Made by a program: the position numbers and the translations under genes
Notes under the pieces: model-generated
Databases searched by the model: none
What the model was told of the DNA's origin: nothing
What the model saw: only the letters and a program-made list of their open reading frames with translations
Part shown: piece after piece, positions 1 to 10,242 of the stretch
How the letters are laid out: the number at the start of each line of letters is the position of its first letter
Numbering within the stretch: the first letter of the stretch is position 1
IMG/VR virus record: IMGVR_UViG_3300029967_000162
Span: 70,148 to 134,147 of that record
Strand: one strand, 5' to 3'
From: a virus
Taxonomy: Duplodnaviria > Caudoviricetes
Length of the DNA: 64,000 nucleotides

Positions 1-216
1 CCAACTGTCAATGAAGCTTTCCTCTTTCAGCTTCTCCAAGTATGGCTTCACCTTGCTTGGGATCTCACTCTGCAAATCATAAGACTTGTCTTGCACATAG
101 ACCGCAAGATACTTCACTCCGGCTTCTCTCATTCGAGAGCAGATGTCTTTCAAGAACTCTACATTCTCAAATGCAATGATGCCTACACCAAGGTCTAAGT
201 CTCTCTTTGTTCTCAT
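1..216 (-). CDS. N-terminal part (runs off window) of a possible GT2-like glycosyltransferase
   Basis: ATG at 216; MRTKRDLDLGVGIIAFENVEFLKDIC resembles the GT-A beta1-alpha1 start; lies next to a DxD-containing gene. Confidence 0.35.
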   Translation of the reverse strand, partial: MRTKRDLDLGVGIIAFENVEFLKDICSRMREAGVKYLAVYVQDKSYDLQSEIPSKVKPYLEKLKEESFIDSW

Positions 217-225
217 ATGCTTGTC

Positions 226-1326
226 TTAGTCTTTTTCTTTCAAGCCAATGATCTCAAGCAGCTTCCATGTCCTGAGCTTTGTGTGGTCAAAGTGGTACTT
301 CACAATTAGTGGCAACTTCTTGTCCACATTATCTTGCATCTGTGGGAATGCACAATAGTAGTTGCGGGCATACCAAGTGTGGTACAGCCATCTCTTGTAT
401 ACTCCTGGCTTGTCAACCTCGCTCAACAAGCTAGTTGCAAGGAAGTGCTTCTGCTCATCTATGAAGTCTTGTGAGTTGAGATACCAGAATGGCTTCTTTG
501 TGTTGATGCCAAGCCACCACCACAAGTTGTAGTAAGACTCAAATGCTTCTTCTGTGACATTCATGTCTTTCCAAGTCTCTCTAGTGATTTCATAGAAGTA
601 GAAGTCTTCATGCTGCTCTACTTGCCTGATTGCTTCAATCCTCTCATCGAAGTCTCTGAATGGAGATGTCTTTGCATAGAGCGACCTTGCAAGCACAGAC
701 CTCCTGTTGTCTTCTTGGAGAACTTCTCCTGGGATGCTAGATGTGAACTCTGACCACTTGATCTGCTTGGCTGTCTCAGCAAACTCAAGCACCTTCTCTG
801 ATGTGATGCCTGCCTGCTCTATCACCTCAATGTTCCAGAAAGAGAGGAATGGGTTGATTGCAATTGGGTTCTGTGACCTGACCAAGCAGCAACCTCCATC
901 TGGTATGCCTGCTACTGGAGACCCAGATTCCAAGAACTTCTCAAGCTCATTGAGCATGAGCTCTGCACATGAGATATCAAGGAATGCATCTTCATCAAAG
1001 TAGATGACTGCTCTCACCTTTGAGCCACTATATCCAAGAAGCCGCTCATTGTCATAGAGGACATTGTAAAGCATATACTCAAATGCATCTCTGCCATATC
1101 TGTAGCAAGTATCTACATCATCTTGATTGTAGATACAGAAGTGCTGCTTGGAGTCAAACTTGGAAGCTTTAGAGAAAGTCGATGGCAAGAACATCAAGTT
1201 GTCTTCAAAGAGAGGAGCAAATGACTTGATAGCATATCCACCAACAGAGTTCCACTGGTAGAAGCCATTTGTTGTGAACAAGACTCTTAAATCTTTGAGC
1301 CTCTTCTTTATGTCTCTAATCTCCAT
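226..1326 (-). CDS. putative glycosyltransferase-like (DxD) protein, paralog of 29158..30081
   Basis: Start MEIRDIKK; motifs VIYFDEDAF, GIPDGG, NPFLSFWN and YHTWYAR are shared with 29158..30081. Confidence 0.5.
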   Translation of the reverse strand: MEIRDIKKRLKDLRVLFTTNGFYQWNSVGGYAIKSFAPLFEDNLMFLPSTFSKASKFDSKQHFCIYNQDDVDTCYRYGRDAFEYMLYNVLYDNERLLGYSGSKVRAVIYFDEDAFLDISCAELMLNELEKFLESGSPVAGIPDGGCCLVRSQNPIAINPFLSFWNIEVIEQAGITSEKVLEFAETAKQIKWSEFTSSIPGEVLQEDNRRSVLARSLYAKTSPFRDFDERIEAIRQVEQHEDFYFYEITRETWKDMNVTEEAFESYYNLWWWLGINTKKPFWYLNSQDFIDEQKHFLATSLLSEVDKPGVYKRWLYHTWYARNYYCAFPQMQDNVDKKLPLIVKYHFDHTKLRTWKLLEIIGLKEKD

Positions 1327-1395
1327 CTTCTTACAAATAGTTCCCAAGAAAGGTGGTTGGTCTTCAGCCAAGCACATGAATTGGGAACTTAAAGT

Positions 1396-1848
1396 TTATA
1401 CTAAATTTTCAAAATCTGTCTTGCCTTGGTTCTGTATGTACTTCTTGACAATGTCTTCATTGTTTATGCCAACTGTTGCAACAAAATAACCTCCTGTCCA
1501 AAGCTTCTTTTTCTTTCAGAAGTACCTATTCAAGAACAGCCTTGCATTTCAGTTCTTGTAGATGTAGTCTGTAGACATCTGCTTCATCCTCCTGACCATT
1601 GAAGCAATGCTATAAGTTGGTGAGATCTCAAGCAAGAAGTGAATGTGGTCTTTGTCTATGCCCATCTCGTGTATCTTGAAGTCTGACATAGACTCTGCAT
1701 ACCTGAAAGCTTCAAATACAAGATCTTTGATTGGCTCTAGCACGGGTTTCCTATATTTTGTTGAGAACACAACATGATATCTGATGTGTGTCCTAGCATG
1801 TGAATAAGTCTTGTAATAGAACTCTATATTATTTTTTTCTTGTTGCAA
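1396..1848 (-). CDS. tnpA: IS200-type HUH (Y1) transposase; 2 in-frame TGA read as Trp
   Basis: YHVVFSTKYR and DHIH (HUH); reading through TGA 1549-51 and 1516-18 gives LWTGGYFVATVG and YIQNQ (catalytic Tyr), ending TAA at 1396. Confidence 0.9.
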
Positions 1849-1884
1849 GATAAATAAAGTAAGTTTAGTATATATATTTGTACT

Positions 1885-3198
1885 TTGGAAAGACTTGCCA
1901 AAAATAAATCAATTGCTGACTCTTACAGGCAGACTATGCAGAAGAGGCAGGGGCAAGTCTGCAAAGTGTACACAGTCAAAGTCCAGAAGAACAGGCTCAA
2001 CAAAGTCCAAGCAGAGACTTTGAAGATGCAATTTGTTGAGGCTAAGTGGCTCTACAACTATATTCTCAACAAGTCAATGGAAGGTGATATTAACATCTTT
2101 AAAGCTGACTATAAAGACTTCAAGAAGATAACACATCTTGATAAAGACCACAATGAAGTAGAGGTTGACATATCATTTCTTGATTGTCAAGGCATGCAGA
2201 GCTTGATAACTTCTATCCAGTCTTCTATCAAGACTTTGCACAAGCTGAAGGCATCTGGAAGCAAAGTTGGCAAGTTGAAGTTCAAGACTGACTGGACATC
2301 ATTGAACATCAAGCAGTTTGGTGAAGACAAGATTAGGTCAAAGAACAAAGTCAAAGTTCCTGGCATTCGCAAAGAGCTAAAAGTGAATGGTTTAGACCAG
2401 ATTTTGAATTCAAGGTATGGAAAGCTTGACATAGCAAATGCAAAGCTTATCAAGAAGAATGATGACTACTATGTTGCTATCACCTGCTTCATCGACAAAG
2501 ACGTGTATGAAAGACTAAATGACAAATCTAGAACACTTTATAAAGAAATAGTTGGCATAGACTTTGGTTGTCAGTCCTCATTGACCTTTTCTGATGGAAG
2601 GAAAGTCAACTTGTCTGTTGAAGAAACTGAGCACATAAAGAGACTGCAGAGGAAACTTTGTAGGCAGCAGAAAGGCTCAAGCAACAGACAAAGGACAATC
2701 ATGAAGATCAGGAAAGAGTACGAGAAGATCGACAACAAGAAGAAAGACTTAGCCAACAAGACAGTGCATGGCATCTTTGAAGGATACGGCCAAGTGTGCA
2801 TCCAAGATGAGCAGCTGAACAAATGGAAGAGCCAACATGGCAAGAAAGTCCAGCACTCTTGCCTGGGGCTTGTCAAGCAAAGGCTAATCAACAATGGTGC
2901 ATTTGTCATTCATAAATATGTGCCTACTACAAAGATATGTCTTGAGTGCGGTCATGTTGTTGAAGACATGAAGCTCTTTGATAGGACTTTTAAGTGTCCC
3001 GTCTGTGGAAGCACATTAGATAGAGATGTCCATGCAGCACAGAACATGGTTTGGTATCACCAACACAAAGAGACCATAGGTGTGGAGCGCACCAAATTCA
3101 AGCGACTGGACTTCAAGTCACAGATGGCTAATCTGTTTGGCCATGATGTGTATGAAGGATTTAAGGTCGAAGATGCTCGGTCTTCAGCCGAGCATTAG
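1885..3198 (+). CDS. tnpB: TnpB RNA-guided endonuclease
   Basis: RuvC-I GIDFG, zinc finger CLECG...CPVCG, RuvC-III DRDVHAAQN; 3' end overlaps the RE hairpin. Confidence 0.9.
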   Translation: MERLAKNKSIADSYRQTMQKRQGQVCKVYTVKVQKNRLNKVQAETLKMQFVEAKWLYNYILNKSMEGDINIFKADYKDFKKITHLDKDHNEVEVDISFLDCQGMQSLITSIQSSIKTLHKLKASGSKVGKLKFKTDWTSLNIKQFGEDKIRSKNKVKVPGIRKELKVNGLDQILNSRYGKLDIANAKLIKKNDDYYVAITCFIDKDVYERLNDKSRTLYKEIVGIDFGCQSSLTFSDGRKVNLSVEETEHIKRLQRKLCRQQKGSSNRQRTIMKIRKEYEKIDNKKKDLANKTVHGIFEGYGQVCIQDEQLNKWKSQHGKKVQHSCLGLVKQRLINNGAFVIHKYVPTTKICLECGHVVEDMKLFDRTFKCPVCGSTLDRDVHAAQNMVWYHQHKETIGVERTKFKRLDFKSQMANLFGHDVYEGFKVEDARSSAEH

Positions 3199-3266
3199 TT
3201 CACGAAAAGAAATCTTCGAAAATTCTATCTAGGAAGCTTGAGCTTGTCTAGAGATTTTCAAAGAAA

Positions 3267-3983
3267 TTACTCTTTTGAAGAGAGAGCATCATAGAATGCT
3301 ACATACTCCTCAAGCTCAGTGACTTTGAGCTCAAGCTTGAACCCGCTCTCAGCCATAGCAGCTTTCTGTTGCAAGATTGCTCCCTTCTTGTTGAGAGCAT
3401 TGATGTACTTGATGTGCTTTCCAAGAGTCTCAAGCACCTTGCTGAATGAAGCTTCACTCTTCTGGTCACCATCAAGTTCTTTCATCACTCGAGCGGACTC
3501 AAGACCTATGCCTACAGGATGCTTGGCAGACTCAAAGATGTAAATGAGTGCAAAGATGTCAAGGTCGAACTTCTCGGTCTTCCCAGTCTCAAGGTCTTCA
3601 ATCACTTTAGTGATAACCTCATCAAAGTGGAGAGCACCTACCCATCCCTTGTTCTCCCAAGAGCCAAGCTTCTCATTGTATGTCTTGAGAGCCTTTGCAG
3701 CCTTGAGCGCATCTTCTTTGTTCCCGTCTATGATGTTGAAAGAGCTAGTGTTGAACTCTTTGTTGAATGCCTCAAATGCTTCATTGCACTCTTTCTTGTA
3801 GTCATCAGTCACACCATCTTGAGAGATTGTAGCATACTTTTCAAACCTCTCATTGAAGGCTTTGACCATCTCTTCAGGTGTCCCTTCAGGATTTGCTTGG
3901 ACATTTTCTTGAGCTGTTGCCTCAGCCTTCTCTTTGAGAGCCTCTGCAACATTTGTGCTCTCAGCCTTCTTTGTCTTTGCCAT
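3267..3983 (-). CDS. hypothetical protein
   Basis: 238 aa ORF, typical codon usage, TAA stop. Confidence 0.7.
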   Translation of the reverse strand: MAKTKKAESTNVAEALKEKAEATAQENVQANPEGTPEEMVKAFNERFEKYATISQDGVTDDYKKECNEAFEAFNKEFNTSSFNIIDGNKEDALKAAKALKTYNEKLGSWENKGWVGALHFDEVITKVIEDLETGKTEKFDLDIFALIYIFESAKHPVGIGLESARVMKELDGDQKSEASFSKVLETLGKHIKYINALNKKGAILQQKAAMAESGFKLELKVTELEEYVAFYDALSSKE

Positions 3984-4029
3984 TTGCTGGTACTAATTTT
4001 TAATTTTATTGGACTATGCGCATGTTTGT

Positions 4030-4326
4030 CTAGAAAGATGAAGTGTAGCCAAGCTTTGCAAGCTTCCTGACAAGTGGCACAATGACCTTGTCTCGAGACA
4101 CATTGCCGGTGAAGCAGTCTATCTCTTTAGTTCCGTCTACAAGCAAGAGCTTGCCAGATCCGATCTCTTTGTCAGCCTCTATGTCATCTTCCATCACAGT
4201 CGCATACACGACATATTCAAGCTCATCTTCTCTAGGTGTGCTGTACACTTTCCCATGCAGTGTCTGTGCATTAGAGTTGAACTTGACATCTGCAACAAGG
4301 TTGCTTTCTTTCTTTTCCATCTTCAA
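4030..4326 (-). CDS. hypothetical protein
   Basis: About 97 aa ORF, co-oriented with the neighbouring gene. Confidence 0.55.
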   Translation of the reverse strand: MKMEKKESNLVADVKFNSNAQTLHGKVYSTPREDELEYVVYATVMEDDIEADKEIGSGKLLLVDGTKEIDCFTGNVSRDKVIVPLVRKLAKLGYTSSF

Positions 4327-4442
4327 GTTGTCTTAGAAAAAACTACATGTGTTTGTATCATTGGATGCAAGGAATGTCTCACATTTTGAGAGGACAAAGC
4401 CACTATCCCACTTTAAAAACTTTGACAAAAGAATTTTTGACA

Positions 4443-6104
4443 ATGGCAAAGAAGACAGCAACTGGAGACCCTGGGCAGATGAGTTCTGTGTTTGATCTCA
4501 TAAAGAGCTTTGATGACTCAGCAGAGATCATCGCAGACAGTGCATACTCTAACATCAAAGAGTGGATTCCATCAGGCAACTACATATTGAATGCATGCAT
4601 GTCTGGTGACTTGTTCAAGGGACTTCCTTCCGGCAGGACAATATCTTTGATTGGCGAAGAAGGGACTGGCAAGTCATATTTGCAAGTATCATTTTGTCGT
4701 GAAGCACAGAAACTTGGATGGGTCCCCGTGATATTGGATAGTGAGGGTGCGATTGACTCTACATTTGTTGAACGGCTTGGTGTAGATCCCAAGAACTGCA
4801 TCATCAAGCAGGTGAACACAATCTTTGAGACAAACAACTTCATATCTAACTTGGCCAAGTCTCTGCAAGAGCAGCAAGACAAGTATGGTGAGCACCAGAA
4901 AGTGATACTTGTGCTTGACTCTCTTGGCAACTTGACTTCAAGCAAAGAGCGTGATGACACAATGGCTGGTGAGCAGAAGCGAGACATGACGAAGGCACAA
5001 GAGATTCGTGCACTGTTCAGGGTAAACCAAGTAGCATTGTCTAAGCTGCAGATCCCATGGATTGTAATTGGGCATGTTTATGCATGCCTATCTAAAGATG
5101 CTGAAGTGCTTATGGCTGACAACTCAACAAAGAACATCAATGAGGTATCTATTGGTGAGAAAGTCATGACTCTTGCTGGTCCTAGAAAAGTTGAGTCACT
5201 TCATGAATATGAAGTGAAGAATTGCATACATTTTGTGTTTGAAGATAGTACTTCTCTCACTTGCACACCAAACCATATGTTTGCCCAATCTGTAGAAGAT
5301 GGTGGATATATATGGGTAGAAGCAGCAAATTTGATTGAATGCGACACAGTAGTGCTCAAAGATTCTCATGAGCTTAGAATCACATCAAAGACAATCATAG
5401 AAGAACAAACAAAAGTCTATGACTTGACTGTGAGTGGTGAGCACACATATTTCTTGAAGAATGGAATCATATCACACAACAGCAATGACATGTTCCATCC
5501 AGGCCCTCAGCAGTCAGGTGGAGGTGGCATCAAGTACAACTCTTCTATCACATTGCTCCTCTCTACTAGGAAGCTTGAAGACAAAGAGAATGATGCAGCG
5601 GCTGGCAAGAACATAGGCAACACCCAGACTAAGAATGGCATACTTGTCAGTGTGACACCTAAGAAGTCTAGGTTCTGTGTGCCTAACAAAGTCTCATTCC
5701 AGATTCCATTCTTCAAGGCACCTAATCCATATGTTGGGCTCGAGCAATACTTGAACTGGGAGAATGCAGGTGTATGTCGTGGCAATGTCCTTGATGAGAA
5801 GGCATATGCCAAGCTGAATGCAGCTGAGCAGGCTAAGTGCCATGAGTTTGAGCATGATGGGCAAAAGCTCTGGTGCCAGCCTAAGGACAATGCACGTGGC
5901 ATGGCGGTGAAGCATCTTGGACGGCAAGTCTCATTCATTGAGTTCTTCTCAGATGTCGTGTTCACAGATGACTACTTGCATGAGATCAATGAGAGAGTGA
6001 TCAAGCCAATATTCCAGCTGCCTTCACGAGATGCATTTGATGACATCAAAGATGTTGAGGAGACACTTGGGATCGACCAAGAAGATGAAGAGACAACAGA
6101 GTAG
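4443..6104 (+). CDS. uvsX: RecA/UvsX-like recombinase with a mini-intein
   Basis: Walker A GEEGTGKS, LDSEGA, Walker B VLDSLG, SGGGGIKY. Confidence 0.85.
   Translation: MAKKTATGDPGQMSSVFDLIKSFDDSAEIIADSAYSNIKEWIPSGNYILNACMSGDLFKGLPSGRTISLIGEEGTGKSYLQVSFCREAQKLGWVPVILDSEGAIDSTFVERLGVDPKNCIIKQVNTIFETNNFISNLAKSLQEQQDKYGEHQKVILVLDSLGNLTSSKERDDTMAGEQKRDMTKAQEIRALFRVNQVALSKLQIPWIVIGHVYACLSKDAEVLMADNSTKNINEVSIGEKVMTLAGPRKVESLHEYEVKNCIHFVFEDSTSLTCTPNHMFAQSVEDGGYIWVEAANLIECDTVVLKDSHELRITSKTIIEEQTKVYDLTVSGEHTYFLKNGIISHNSNDMFHPGPQQSGGGGIKYNSSITLLLSTRKLEDKENDAAAGKNIGNTQTKNGILVSVTPKKSRFCVPNKVSFQIPFFKAPNPYVGLEQYLNWENAGVCRGNVLDEKAYAKLNAAEQAKCHEFEHDGQKLWCQPKDNARGMAVKHLGRQVSFIEFFSDVVFTDDYLHEINERVIKPIFQLPSRDAFDDIKDVEETLGIDQEDEETTE
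5085..5480 (+). mobile_element. mini-intein (132 aa, no endonuclease) in RecA/UvsX
   Basis: Starts CLSKDAEV; block B TPNH; block F VYDLTV; ends IISHN followed by Ser(+1). Confidence 0.9.
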
Positions 6105-6133
6105 GCAAGCTACTTTTGGATGACGGTTGTTTT

Positions 6134-6161
6134 GAGAGCTCAGTGGAGATGCTGAGCTCTC
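6134..6161. terminator. bidirectional terminator-like hairpin
   Basis: gagagctcag-loop-ctgagctctc between convergent genes. Confidence 0.6.
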
Positions 6162-6168
6162 TTTGTGT

Positions 6169-6852
6169 CTAGAGGCCTATGGCATCTCTTGCTTGGAGAG
6201 GAAGTGAAGAGATGAAAGTCTCAAATTCTTGTGATCCTTCATAGTAGTGCACATTGTCTGAAGTGACCACAAATGACCTCAACACATCAACTAAGATGCA
6301 GACTTTGTGGAATGGGCTAGAGGTAGACGCAGACAAGTCTTGGAAGACATAGATGTCATAGAGCTTGGCATAGTTCTCATACTCTAGAGAATCAAGAGCA
6401 ATGCACCACTTTGTGGAGTTCCCTTGCTCTTCTATCTCTTCAAATGATGAGATGTGCCAGAGCCTGGATGTGCTGTCTGAATAGATCAAGCCAGAAGCTT
6501 TCAAAAGCTTGTGAGCTTGTGACTTCGACATGTGCTTCTTGAGCTCTGCTTGCTTGACATCATCTATGAGATCTTGCCAGGTCTTCTTTGTCAGGTCTGG
6601 GCTGTCAATCTAAGGAGTGAGCTCATGCCACTTGTTCACTACTGAAGCAACTGAGAGATAGTTGTGCCCTTGTGTGGTGAGCTCACACATCTTCTTCACA
6701 AGCTTCTTTGTTGGTGTCTTGTCTGAAGCTATGAGAGCATCAAGCATGAACTTTGGCATCAAGTTGCCATAGAGCTGCCTTGCAAGCTTGAGTGATTCAG
6801 AGAGTTGTTCCATAAGTCTATCTATTGATTTCCTGTCAAGCTCTTTGAGCAT
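6169..6852 (-). pseudogene. hypothetical gene interrupted by one in-frame TAG (6610-6612)
   Basis: ORFs 6610..6852 and 6169..6531 are in frame, linked by 26 sense codons. Confidence 0.5.
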
Positions 6853-6885
6853 AAATACTTAAATGTCAAAATTTTAGTTTAGCCT

Positions 6886-7236
6886 ATGGATTTCATCTCT
6901 TTGATAATAAGCATATTAGCACTCATAATCTCAGCTCTTGCATTGATTGCAAAGCTTGGCAAGGCAGAGAAAGGCGACAAGGGAGACAAAGGTGACCAAG
7001 GACCGATGGGTCCTCAAGGTCCTAGAGGTGCTGATGGTGAAGCCGGTGCTCAAGGCCCACAAGGAGCTCAAGGCGCAGTCGGCCCACAAGGACCCCAAGG
7101 TGCTGCAGGTGAAAGTGCAATCAAGGTTGAAGGATCACTCACCCATGATGACATCATCAAGCTCCTCAATGAGTCTGATGTAGAGATAGAGAGCAATGTG
7201 AAGGCAAAGGCCTTCTATGCCAATGAGAAGAAGTAA
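6886..7236 (+). CDS. small membrane-anchored collagen-like protein
   Basis: N-terminal hydrophobic helix followed by Gly-X-Y repeats. Confidence 0.75.
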   Translation: MDFISLIISILALIISALALIAKLGKAEKGDKGDKGDQGPMGPQGPRGADGEAGAQGPQGAQGAVGPQGPQGAAGESAIKVEGSLTHDDIIKLLNESDVEIESNVKAKAFYANEKK

Positions 7237-7257
7237 TCTAGAGAGACACCGCACAGA

Positions 7258-7288
7258 AGAAGAGCTCTAGACTTGAGCTCTTCTTTTT
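7258..7288 (+). terminator. Rho-independent terminator
   Basis: agaagagctc-tagactt-gagctcttct followed by a T-run. Confidence 0.65.
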
Positions 7289-7329
7289 GCTTATAAATCT
7301 TAAGCATGCAAAATCATTTCAAAGGTTAG

Positions 7330-9375
7330 ATGCCATTCAATGAGAATGAGAAGAGATACAACAAGCTAGACAAGCTTGCGGAAGGTGAGAAGCTGCAGAC
7401 TGTGTACTCAACTGAGAAAGTTGAGAAGATACTCAAAGACATGGGCAAAGGCTTGCAAGTTGACATGTCGCCTTTCTTCCATGGAGACACTAGATATAAA
7501 GATGCCGGATTGCTCTACAACTACACAGAGCATGAGATTGAAGAGCTGCAGAAGTGTGCTGATGACTGCTTGTACTATGTGAAGAACTATTGCAAGTTCT
7601 TGAATGACAAAGGCCGCACACTAGTCCAGCTGCGCGACTACCAAGAGCAATACATACAGATGCTTGGAGAGCAAGAGTATGATGAAGACATTGGAGAGTC
7701 GATACCTAAGAACAGGAGAATCATAACAATGATGGCTAGGCAATCATCCAAGACCACATCCACAGCAGCTTACATGTCATGGTACATGACATTCCATACA
7801 GACAAGAACTTGGCCATTGTGGCGAACAAAGGCAAGACTTCACAGGAGATTGTCTCTAAAGTCAAGGAAGTATTTGAAGGTCTTCCATTCTTCATGAAGC
7901 CTGGCATCATCCGTGCACAGATGCAGTCTATCACACTTGAGAACGGATGCTACTTGATGTGTGCGACTACTAACCCAACTTCCATCACTGGCCAGTCTAA
8001 CAATGTGCTCTACATAGACGAGGCAGCCCACATACCCCAGAACATCATGGATGCATTCTGGAAGTCAGTGTATCCCACTCTGTCTTCATTCAAGAACCAG
8101 CAGCTCATCATATCTTCTACACCTAAAGGCAAGCAGAACTTGTTCTATCGCATATGAGATGGCTCTATGAAAGGAGAGAACAACTTCAAGAACTTCAGAG
8201 TGGACTGGTGGCAGGTGCCTGGACATGATGATGCTTGGGCAGCAGAGCAGATCAAAGACTTTGGTGCTGACAACTTTGCACAAGAGTTTGGGCTCAGGTT
8301 TGAGTCAGACTCATCAAAGCTCATACGAGGCGAAGACTTCAAGCTCATGGACAGGTGGAAGTCCAAGTACAAGGTTAGGTCATTCGATGGCGTTGACAAA
8401 AGGATCTCTGACAAGATCTTCTGAGACCCAAGATTCACAATAGACACAAACAACTTGCAAGAGCTCCAGAGAAGGCACTTCTTGATAAGCATAGACACAG
8501 CAGAAGGCAAGCAAGCTGGTGTGAAAGGCAAGCAGGACTCTGACTACAACATTGGCAACATATTTGAGGTAGAGCTCATGTCGCCAGCTAGGGTGCGGAG
8601 GAACAAGAGAAGCACGATGAAGAAGCAAGTGGCATATGCGGACTGCATCAGGTACAGGCAGGTTGGCATATACATTGACAACGACAGAGATGAGGAAGAG
8701 CTTGCTGAAGCGATGAAGGTTGTGACCTTCAATGTGCTGAAGTGTGGTGTTGGTGATGTGGATAATGTGAGGCTCCTCATAGAGATGAACTTCAATGGCA
8801 AGAACTTCGTGAACAAGTTCAAGGCACATGACAACTTCTATGACAGTGTAATAATCAAGACATACCACAACAAGCCGGTGCCAGGGCAGCAGCACACAAG
8901 GCAGTTTGGCTATAAGACAGTAGGTGGCGAGAGAGGCAAGGGATACTGATGTGAGCTAGGTGCAAAGATGGTCGCAGATGGGCGAATCATCATAAGCCAC
9001 TATGATGATGACTGGAACAAGTCATCTATTGGAGAGCTTGAGAACTTTGGCAAGAACAACAGAGGAGTGTATGAAGGCTGCTGCGTGCATGATGACATAG
9101 CGATGACTGTGCTCTCTGTGAGCCACACACTAGATGACTCTCTTGAAGACTATACAGCTTGGCTTGAAGAGTATGTAGACAGGCTGCCGAAGGATGACAA
9201 GCATGCTGAAGATGTGAAGAAGCTGATGAAGATATACTCAGAGAGTGAGAGTGACTGGTCTGACAGCGACTTCAATGCAATGTATGGAATTGACAATGGA
9301 GCACACAACAACATGCCATACCAGAGCATGGTGCAGAATGTGCAGTGGGCTATTGCACAGAAGTGAAGGCACTAA
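7330..9375 (+). CDS. terL: terminase large subunit (T4 gp17-like); 4 in-frame TGA read as Trp
   Basis: LRDYQ, ARQSSKT, YIDEAAH, SSTPKG, SIDTAEG, HDDIAM; four ORF pieces join in one frame across TGA at 8155, 8422, 8947 and 9364. Confidence 0.92.
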
Positions 9376-10199
9376 TGCTTGTTGTCATCTAGCAGGTAGT
9401 TCAAGAACTTAGCAGATGCATTGATGTCAAACTTCAAGAACTCTGGCCTAATGTTCTCTTTTGTATAATAAGACCTTCCCATCATTGGATCTTTATAGAA
9501 CCTCATGTCTTTAGGAAGGTTCTTTGTCTCTATCATGAAGATTGCTGGATATATTGTTGTTCTGTTCAAGATTTTCTTGAATCTATCAAGCTTAGAATAC
9601 CAAACATCTGCAAGCAACTCAAATGTTGCATTTAAGTCTGATGAAGGCTCTATGAAATAGATTCTATCAGAATAGCCAAAGTCTTTGTTCTTTCCAGAAG
9701 GCATAAGCCCAATAGTTTCAATCTTCTTTTGTCAAACACTTGCTGTCATATGAAACAATGTTGAACACTTCTTAGAAAACTTTGAGACCGGCTGTACCCA
9801 ATCTGCTTCATATTGATAGTGATGGATTGTTGCACCTTTATATGTTCTTACGCTATATGTAGCAGGGCTATATCCACATGCTTTGAAAATCTTGTCAGCT
9901 TTGCTTACTATGTCTTCATGAACTTTGTCATCAACATCAACAGGTATAGTAAGATGAAGGATAGTAGGCACATTGTTTATGTCTTTTGTATATGACATGA
10001 TTTCATCTAAGTCTAAGTCATCATAGTCAAGCATAGACTTCAAATACCTAATTGCAGCCTTAGGCGAGTAAGTTCGTATCAATCCTTCTTCTATCATGAC
10101 TTCAGCCGCTATTTGAGAGATTCCACGCATCTTTATTTCTTGCTTGCCATTCAATCTTTCTGATATGTCTCTTGCCCAAGCTTGGTTGATTCTCTTCAT
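9372..10199 (-). CDS. ART/KptA-fold-like protein, paralog of 39585..40541; 1 TGA
   Basis: LFHMTASV(W)QKKIETIGLMPS...RIYFI...YKDPMM...YTKENIRP aligns with 39585..40541. Confidence 0.7.
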
Positions 10200-10242
10200 G
10201 GCATTCAAAATAATTAAAATTATTAAAAATAATTAAATTATT

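Larger units (their letters stand above)
1335..3203. mobile_element. IS200/IS605-family element (divergent tnpA + tnpB)
   Basis: LE hairpin gtggttggtcttcagccaagcac preceded by AAAG, with TTAC immediately upstream (1331-1334); RE hairpin atgctcggtcttcagccgagcat preceded by GAAG and followed by TCAC (3200-3203). Confidence 0.85.

Noticed and set aside
7330-9375. Fragmented ORFs as pseudogenes or frameshifts
   Set aside because: All breaks are in-frame TGA in essential genes with no frameshifts, which recoding explains better.
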